The notes under the pieces were generated by a model that was given only the letters and a program-made list of their open reading frames with translations, was not told the DNA's origin and made no database searches. The translations under genes were made by a program, and so were the position numbers. A stretch of DNA of 16,173 nt from Gemmatimonadota bacterium. Its GTDB lineage: Bacteria; Gemmatimonadota; Gemmatimonadetes; Gemmatimonadales; GWC2-71-9. Location: assembly GCA_039586365.1 (NCBI GenBank), contig JBDHKN010000101.1:1-16173 (forward strand). The letters are read 5' to 3'. Below, piece after piece: positions 1 to 6,135 of the stretch (position 1 is its first letter; the number at the start of each line of letters is the position of its first letter).

Positions 1-86
1 GGTTTCGGCTTCGTGTGATTGAGCCGCAACCCCTGCCCTGCAGCCAGAACTAGCGCCTTCGAGACATGTTGGGACGCTTCGGTCAC
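1..86 (-). CDS. Nucleotidyltransferase (NTP_transferase family), N-terminal 28 codons; continues beyond the window start
   Basis: Not in the ORF track. My minus-strand translation from GTG at 86 is MTEASQHVSKALVLAAGQGLRLNHTKPKP, which contains the LAAGxGxRL...PKP signature of sugar/choline/inositol-phosphate nucleotidyltransferases. A strong SD (GGAGGGGAGGGAG, 90-102) lies upstream. Confidence 0.85.
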   Translation of the reverse strand, partial: MTEASQHVSKALVLAAGQGLRLNHTKPK

Positions 87-986
87 AAACTCCCTCCCCT
101 CCGGTGTACCACGATGAACCTCCGGTTTCGCAACATACGAGAAGGCAACTTGATTCAATCCACTTCCCTGTCAACTCCCCAAATCGGGGCGCCGCCAGGA
201 AAACCGCAATGCTGCGGTCCTCCTGTAGACCAATCGCCGACCGGATACCGCCGCTTCGGGCCGACGCAGGATCAGCCGCGAGACCGCCGCGAGCGCACCA
301 TCCGGCTGGCCCCGAATCGCGCTAGGCCCCTGAGCGGGTCGCTGGCCTGTACCTCGAGCCACGCGCGATCCCCAATCTAACAGCGCATGATCGACGTAGT
401 GGAACGCCTAGAGGCGAGCCAAGTGCCGGTCAAAACTCAAGCGGAGGATAGCCATACTCTGGCGCCCAAGCTTGCGTAGGTTGACGGCACCCATGATAAC
501 CAGGGGGGAAGTGTGGGGTAAGTATAGACCTCGGGACTGGGTCGCTCTACGTAGGCTGGGCGCATTGCGGAATCGCGACCTCGCCGGTCCTCTGAGATCT
601 CAACTGGAGAGGCTGGCGTCGTGCTGGGTGCTGTGGAGCCTGTTTGAACGCAAGTTGAAAGCCCTGGTGGAGACCGATCCCCAGAACCCGGAACGGATCG
701 TACCTGTCGCCTGGGGTAGGCCTTTCCGGGCCGCACCTGCCCAAAGGGGCATACTTCACGCCCGACCTGAGAATGGGACGTTTGGCAAGCTGCAGCGGTC
801 ATATCACCTGCTGGTACCGCAGGGCGAGAATCGTCGTACTGGGCGGCGTCTGTCGCTGGACAGTTCCAATAGCCGGGGGGATACTTGGGATGTGGGATGG
901 GAAGTTCCTATCCCGACGGGTATACTGGCGTCCCGAGCACGCTGGGGCCGCCTGACATCGGAATGACAGCCGTGAGGTTCCCGTTC

Positions 987-2189
987 ATGCCCAATCCAGG
1001 AATCCCCGCCGGCCTGCTGCGGCCAGCCCTTCGCCGGGCTTCCGCGGTCGCCGTGCTCGCCGCCGCCCTGCTTCCCTTGCTGCCCACCAGCGCATTTGCC
1101 CAGGCCGACGGCGACCCCATCGCCCTGGGGACCTACCGTGTACTCCACTCCCGGATCCTGGGAGAGGATCGGGTCCTCCAGATCCATCTTCCTGTGGGCT
1201 ATGAATCCACCGAGGCGGCCTATCCGGTGCTGTACCTCTTCTATTCTGATTGGGTGGAAGGGTACTTCGCGCAGTTGGTGAACGACCTCCACCACTTGTC
1301 CATGGACCGGATTCCCCCGCTGATCCTAGTCGGGGTCCCCAACACCCAGCGGTACCGCGACCTCCTTCCGTGGCCTCGCTCCGAGGGCCGGTCCGCCGAA
1401 GGGCAGGGGGACAGGTTCCTCCAGGCCCTCCGGACGGAGATCATCCCCTTCGTCGATGCCGAGTACAGAACCAAGCCATACCGGATCATGGTGGGCCCGC
1501 AGGCCGCTGCAGTTTTCGGGGTTTACACCCTGCTGGAATCCCCGGAGACCTTCCAGGCCTTCATCCTCAACGATCCATGCCGTTTCGATTCTCCAGGGCG
1601 ATCCCTCTGCCGGGAACTGGTGGTTTTCGCCGCCACGGCCGTGGCCCGGGGGAAGTACTTCGCCGTAAGCCATGACGCGGCGGATGATCGGTGGGACAGG
1701 GAGATGTTGCAGTCCCTGGCTGCCGGTCTCGAGGAGAATGCGGTGGACGGCTTCCGGTGGCGCATCGAGTGGGAGACGGACTGGCCCTTTTTTCTGGCCC
1801 CGGTGGCAGGCCGGTCCGCCCTCATGGATCTGTTCCGCGACTATCCCTTCCCCTCCGTGGATGACGTGACGGGCTGGGCGGACATCCGATCCCATTATGA
1901 AGGACTCTCCCGAAGCCTGGGGTTCACCGTCGACCCGCCCAGCCTCATTCTCTCCCAGTCGTCGGCTCGGCTTGCGGAGCAGGGAGAGCATGAGGCGGCT
2001 TTGGAGGTCCTGCATCACCTGGTGGAGATCCACCCCTCGTCGCTAGACGGGCCCTGGCAGTTGGCCAACCTCTACCGGGTCATGGGGGATACGGTCACGG
2101 CCATCCGCTATTACGAGGAGTGTCTACGCCGCGACCCGAACATCACGCCGGCCCGGGATTGGCTGCAGCGCCTGAGGGGTAGGGGGTAA
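987..2189 (+). CDS. Secreted alpha/beta-hydrolase-fold (putative esterase, IroE/Fes-like) protein with C-terminal TPR; probably catalytically inactive
   Basis: Signal peptide ending AFA-Q. Family motifs S.ILGEDR.L.I.LP.GY, YPVLY, P.LILVGVPN..R.RDL.P and F...L..EIIPFVDAEYRT. C-terminal TPR-like helices (ALEVLHHLVEIHP...AIRYYEECLRRDP). ATG 987 chosen for GAGG at 974-977; the ORF is open from 885. Confidence 0.85.
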   Translation: MPNPGIPAGLLRPALRRASAVAVLAAALLPLLPTSAFAQADGDPIALGTYRVLHSRILGEDRVLQIHLPVGYESTEAAYPVLYLFYSDWVEGYFAQLVNDLHHLSMDRIPPLILVGVPNTQRYRDLLPWPRSEGRSAEGQGDRFLQALRTEIIPFVDAEYRTKPYRIMVGPQAAAVFGVYTLLESPETFQAFILNDPCRFDSPGRSLCRELVVFAATAVARGKYFAVSHDAADDRWDREMLQSLAAGLEENAVDGFRWRIEWETDWPFFLAPVAGRSALMDLFRDYPFPSVDDVTGWADIRSHYEGLSRSLGFTVDPPSLILSQSSARLAEQGEHEAALEVLHHLVEIHPSSLDGPWQLANLYRVMGDTVTAIRYYEECLRRDPNITPARDWLQRLRGRG

Positions 2190-2445
2190 GCGGGCGTCCG
2201 CCATCGGTGGATCGCCTCGGAGGGGGGAGGTGAGGCAGGCGGTGAAAGTGCCGGACCTCCTGCCCAAACCCGCTGCTGCGTATCCGACAATGCCTCTTCC
2301 GATCACAGGACGTTCTTGTTACCGGCGCATTGCTTGGGGCCAACCGTTCCACGGTCCCCAGATCCCGCCTTCTGGCGCATGGTGTAACTGACGCCAACTT
2401 TACTGCGTAGCCGAAGCCCTGCGCGATCACCCTGGGAGTGTGACA

Positions 2446-3501
2446 GTGTTATCCGAAGATCGGCGAATCGGTTTCTGGATTGTCGTGGGTGCGTTCTGCC
2501 TGGTCGGCCTGCCGCATGAGCAAACGCCTCGGCCATCCGTGCGCGTCGAGCGGCTTCTCGATGCACCGATCATAGCGCCCGAACTCGATCCCAGTATCGG
2601 CGTGAACATCCAGGGACCATCGCTCATCCGCGTGCCCGACTGGGTGCAGGCCCCCCTGGGCCGGTACTACCTGTACTTTGCCGACCACAAGGGCCGGTAT
2701 ATCCGGCTTGCCTATGCCGATGCGTTGCTCGGCCCCTGGACGATTCATCCGCCCGGCAGCCTGCAGATTGAGGGCTCGTACTTCCTGACGGATCCGCCTG
2801 AGGTGCCACCAGCGGAGTTCGAGCGGATCCGCGCGGCGCGCGGGCGAGCCGCGCTGTCGCACGATTTGCTGACCGAGATCACAGCGCCCCACATCGCGTC
2901 GCCGGACGTTCACGTCGATGACACCAATCGCCGGATCATCATGTACTTCCATGGTCTCGAGGGCATCGGCCGGCAAGCGACGCGGGTGGCCCTCTCCCGG
3001 GACGGGATTCGGTTCGAGGCGCGACCCGAGTTACTGGGCCGAACCTACATGCGGGCTTTCCAGCACGACGGCTACACCTACGCCATGTCCATGCCGGGCC
3101 AGTTCTACCGGTCCCGGGATGGGTTGAACGTCTTCGAGGAAGGACCGCTGCTGTTCAACAGTGACATGCGTCACGCGGCGCTGCTCAAGCGAGGCAACAC
3201 GCTGTTCGTCTTCTGGACGCAGGTCGGTCATGCGCCCGAGCGGATCCTGCTGAGCACGATCGATATCTCGGGCGAGTGGACCACCTGGACTGAAACCGAC
3301 CCGGTCGAGGTGCTGCGGCCGGAACGGGACTGGGAAGGCGCCGCTGCACCGCTCGAGCCCTCGGTGCGGAGCACGGCGTATGGTCACGTCAACCAGCTGC
3401 GCGACCCGGCGATCTACGAGGAAGACGGCCGGACATTCCTCCTCTATGCCGTGGCAGGGGAAGGCGGGATCGCCATCGCAGAGGTGCACTTCGACCGATA
3501 G
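2446..3501 (+). CDS. Secreted or membrane-anchored five-bladed beta-propeller, glycoside-hydrolase-like (GH32/43/130 clan-like) conserved protein
   Basis: N-terminal hydrophobic segment; repeated blade motifs GPSLI..RYYLYFADH, ASPDVHVD..IIMYFHG and LRDPAIYEEDGRTFLLYAVAGE. GTG 2446 fits the GGAG at 2435-2438 better than GTG 2440. Confidence 0.75.
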   Translation: MLSEDRRIGFWIVVGAFCLVGLPHEQTPRPSVRVERLLDAPIIAPELDPSIGVNIQGPSLIRVPDWVQAPLGRYYLYFADHKGRYIRLAYADALLGPWTIHPPGSLQIEGSYFLTDPPEVPPAEFERIRAARGRAALSHDLLTEITAPHIASPDVHVDDTNRRIIMYFHGLEGIGRQATRVALSRDGIRFEARPELLGRTYMRAFQHDGYTYAMSMPGQFYRSRDGLNVFEEGPLLFNSDMRHAALLKRGNTLFVFWTQVGHAPERILLSTIDISGEWTTWTETDPVEVLRPERDWEGAAAPLEPSVRSTAYGHVNQLRDPAIYEEDGRTFLLYAVAGEGGIAIAEVHFDR

Positions 3502-3669
3502 ACTGTACGGCGACATCCACTCTAAGAAGTCTGCAATCGACGCTTGCGGCCGATCACCGTACGGCGCAGCAGTGGAACCACCCGCCGCCACCCAAACTGC
3601 GCAGATTCTCCTGACTGCAGCCGCTCGAGTTGTGCGCCGAGTTCTACGAGATCACGGCGCCGCGCACGG

Positions 3670-4884
3670 CTATACCCACTGCTCGGTGATCTTCAAGAGC
3701 TGCTCGATGTCCTGGGCGTTGTTGAACAGCGCAACGCTGGCGCGGATCTTACTGCCACCCTCCTTGAGGCTGACTCTGACGTTCGCTGTCTCGAGCGTGG
3801 CACGGATCCGTTCTATGTCCCGGCCATGCTCGAACGTGACTATGGCGGACCGGTTCCCGGCCGGAGTCCAGACCGAGTGACCCTGTTCCATTAGCCCTTC
3901 GCGCAGCCGATGGGCGAGGTCGACCGTGTGACGCTCGATGTTCTCCACACCGACACGCAAGAGGTAGTCGAGTGCCGCTCGCAATTGGAACACCGCACCG
4001 AAAGCCAGAGTGGCGTATCCGTACTTCCGTCCATCTGTGTACAACTCGTATCGAAAATCACCGAGTTCTTCGGCAATGTGCAATGAGCCCAGGCGATCGA
4101 GTTTCACCGTATCGAGGAGATCCTCGCGTACGTAGAACGGTGCCACGCCGAATCCCCCGAGAAGCCACTTGTATGTACCCGACGTGAGGAAATCGATGTC
4201 TACTTGCTTCACATCCAACGATAGCATCCCCACGCCCTGTATCGCGTCAGCGTACAGATAGGCTCCGTGGCTGTGAGCGAGTCGGGCTAACTCGGTGAGG
4301 TCGTGCTGATACCCGTTCTGGTGCGACACCCAAGCCACCGAGATGAGGCGGGTTCTATCGTCAACCATCTTGGCGAACTCCTCGGGGGGTGCAGCACCTT
4401 TGCGGCTAGGCACGATCCGCAGATCGATGCCCCGAGTGTCGGTGAGATGTCGGTAGAGCACGAACGTCGTCTCGTAGTGCAGGTCGTCGATCACGACGTT
4501 ATCACCCGGTGCGAGGTCGAGCGCACGCGCAACGATGTTCTCTCCCTCACTGGTAGCGAACAGCAGGCCAATCTCCGATTCGGACGCCCCGACGAGTTGC
4601 GCGAACCTCTGCCGCACCAGATTGGCCTCGGCCATCATGTCACCGAGGCTCACTGGGTCGCGCGCCTTGGCCGCTGCGAAATCCTGTGCGGCCTCGATTG
4701 CTTGTCGTGGCGACGGTGTGATGTAAGCTGAGTCGAGGTACGTCGATTCACTGACGACTGGGAAGTCGTGACGTACGCCGAGGGGATCGTCCCCCACGTC
4801 CGCCTCGCTACCGGCGCAGGCGACGCCGCTCAGAGCCGTCGCGACCGACACCGTCTCCAGGAACTCACGTCGTGTATACGGCAC
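3670..4884 (-). CDS. Aminotransferase class V PLP-dependent enzyme with Tat (probably lipoprotein) signal
   Basis: Motifs YLDSA, DAIQ..G, SGTYKWLLG (PLP lysine) and IRAS...FN. N-terminus TRREFL...SGVAC. SD GGAGGG upstream of the GTG. Confidence 0.9.
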   Translation of the reverse strand: MPYTRREFLETVSVATALSGVACAGSEADVGDDPLGVRHDFPVVSESTYLDSAYITPSPRQAIEAAQDFAAAKARDPVSLGDMMAEANLVRQRFAQLVGASESEIGLLFATSEGENIVARALDLAPGDNVVIDDLHYETTFVLYRHLTDTRGIDLRIVPSRKGAAPPEEFAKMVDDRTRLISVAWVSHQNGYQHDLTELARLAHSHGAYLYADAIQGVGMLSLDVKQVDIDFLTSGTYKWLLGGFGVAPFYVREDLLDTVKLDRLGSLHIAEELGDFRYELYTDGRKYGYATLAFGAVFQLRAALDYLLRVGVENIERHTVDLAHRLREGLMEQGHSVWTPAGNRSAIVTFEHGRDIERIRATLETANVRVSLKEGGSKIRASVALFNNAQDIEQLLKITEQWV

Positions 4885-5014
4885 TGGATCCCTCCGCTTG
4901 AATCAGTCGGTTTTCACGCGCTCGAGTAGGTCGACCGTGCTGTACAAAGATGCGGCTGCCGCGACGCACGCGCGAGACTCACCGAACCTGGGGTACCTGT
5001 TGGCCCCATGAACT

Positions 5015-5044
5015 AAGAAAGGCCGCTCCGAAGAGCGACCTTCT
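5015..5044 (-). terminator. Intrinsic terminator downstream of csp-rpsU
   Basis: Minus strand reads AGAAGGUCGCUC-UUCG-GAGCGGCCUUUCUU: a GC-rich stem with a C(UUCG)G tetraloop, a U-G wobble that forms only on this strand, and a U-rich tail. Confidence 0.8.
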
Positions 5045-5049
5045 ACACA

Positions 5050-5132
5050 GCCCGACGATCAGCGCCGTGCTATGCAGGACCCGTAGCCTCCCTGCGCACT
5101 CCGCTCGTGTGCGGTCCGTCGGAGTTGGCTAC
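5050..5132 (-). ncRNA. Candidate structured RNA resembling a ZMP/ZTP (pfl) riboswitch aptamer, variant
   Basis: P1 GUAGCC/GGCUAC; J1/2 AACU-CC-GACG-GA; P2 CGCAC/GUGCG; J2/1 CAGGGA; linker; P3 GCU-GAUCGUCG-GGC; pseudoknot CCGACG/CGUCGG. Compared by eye with the ZTP consensus (RACUGRCGGA...GGA...GCCGRYCGYCUGGGC). Confidence 0.45.
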
Positions 5133-5197
5133 CGCGCTCGTTGGTGTTCCATTCCATGGCGGGGCGGAGAACCGGCCCGGCCAGCGCCACAGCCCGC

Positions 5198-5389
5198 TCA
5201 ACGCGCGCGGACCTTGCGCCGGCGCCGCCGTTTCGCCGCTTCCGCCTTCAAGCGACGGGCAAGGCTCGCCTTTACGAAATAGCGCTTCTGCCGCAGGTCT
5301 TTGAGAATGCCCGAGCGTTGAACCTTGCGCCTGAAGGCCTTGAGGGCCCACTCCACACGATCGTCCTCCTTCAGGACTATCTCTGTCAC
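5198..5389 (-). CDS. rpsU: 30S ribosomal protein bS21
   Basis: 63 aa basic protein with ALKAFRRKVQRSGILKDLRQKRYFVKAS..RRLK...AKRR; SD AAGGAG at 5395-5400; GTG start. Confidence 0.95.
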   Translation of the reverse strand: MTEIVLKEDDRVEWALKAFRRKVQRSGILKDLRQKRYFVKASLARRLKAEAAKRRRRRKVRAR

Positions 5390-5416
5390 TGGCTCTCCTT
5401 CGATGAATGGATATTA

Positions 5417-5452
5417 GACGGGCCGCCCGATATTGGATCGGGACGGCCCATC
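5417..5452 (-). other. Intercistronic stem-loop between csp and rpsU (mRNA stabiliser or attenuator)
   Basis: GAUGGGCCG(U)CCCGAU-CCAAU-AUCGGGCGGCCCGUC, about 15 bp stem with no U-tract after it. Confidence 0.6.
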
Positions 5453-5472
5453 AAACAGGTCACTCGAGTCGG

Positions 5473-5685
5473 CTATGCGCCGACAGCGGTCACGTTCTCT
5501 GCCGCGGGGCCTTTCTGACCCTGGACGATGTCAAACTCGACCTGCTCACCTTCGCGGAGTGACTTGAAGCCTTCTCCCTGAATGGCGCTGTGGTGGACGA
5601 AGCAGTCCTTGCTACCGTCTTCGGGCGTGACAAAGCCAAAGCCCTTGCTGTCGTTGAACCACTTCACTGTTCCTTTGGTACGCAT
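5473..5685 (-). CDS. cspA: Cold-shock protein (CspA family), 70 aa
   Basis: [43 protein letters not shown] contains RNP1 (KGFGF) and RNP2 (FVH). True start is ATG 5685 with SD AAGGGAG, not the 5862 start of the ORF track. The symbol denotes the family only. Confidence 0.96.
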   Translation of the reverse strand: MRTKGTVKWFNDSKGFGFVTPEDGSKDCFVHHSAIQGEGFKSLREGEQVEFDIVQGQKGPAAENVTAVGA

Positions 5686-5895
5686 TACGTACTCCCTTAT
5701 GTTGCTGTGGTCGGGGTGCGGGTAATGCCGTACCAACCGACTACACTTCCGCGGAATAGCGCCCCCGCGTTGGGCTGCCGCGCAAACGTGCGCGACGTGA
5801 AACCTCAAAATGCAGAGCGGGAGACCTGATCGTAACCAGGTCCCCCGCCGACGTTCGAACATGGTCAGCTCCCCAAACGGGAGCCTTTTTCAAGC
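5686..5895 (-). promoter_or_regulatory. Long (~210 nt) structured 5' UTR of csp
   Basis: Four hairpins at 5868-5884, 5817-5848, 5777-5796 and 5706-5745 lie between the predicted promoter and the start codon. Long leaders are typical of cspA-family mRNAs. Confidence 0.6.
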
Positions 5896-5901
5896 TGCCG
5901 A

Positions 5902-5930
5902 ACCATAACCCGCCCGGGGCGCCCAGTCAA
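5902..5930 (-). promoter_or_regulatory. Sigma70-type promoter of csp-rpsU
   Basis: TTGACT (5930-5925), 17-bp spacer, TATGGT (5907-5902). Confidence 0.7.
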
Positions 5931-6135
5931 CCACGGGTTTGGCAATCAGCGACTTCGCCCTTGTCAGTTGGGGCGCTCACTGCGAACTTTACATGGAGTG
6001 TTCAGTGACCCGCGCCATCCGCTGCCGATTCTTGTCGCCACGCGCCCGTCCCACCGAGCAGCCCATCCATGGGCAACGCGCGCTCCGACTTGGTATTAGA
6101 TAGACGCGCAACCGTTGCCAGCAGAGGAACCGTAA

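Noticed and set aside
66..380. Short overlapping ORFs in the first 400 bp
   Set aside because: No recognisable motifs; they overlap the start and upstream region of the minus-strand nucleotidyltransferase.
472..966. 164-aa ORF whose segment KLKALVETDPQNPERIVPVAWG recalls the OmpR winged-helix C-terminus
   Set aside because: The recognition-helix motif that should precede it is absent, there is no clear SD, and the rest looks non-coding. At most a decayed fragment; not supportable without a search.
2186..2430. GTAAGCG at the esterase stop resembling an IS66 end, and possible attC-like sequence
   Set aside because: No partner inverted repeat, target duplication, transposase or complete attC structure.
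5059..5157. 32-codon minus-strand ORF (MEWNTNERG...) after rpsU
   Set aside because: No SD and no recognisable protein; the region is better explained as structured RNA.
5713..5840. TPP-riboswitch-like words (GGGGTGC, GGGTAATGCC, ACCTGATC) on the plus strand
   Set aside because: The words are in the wrong order, the CUGAGA element is missing, and they lie antisense to the csp leader.
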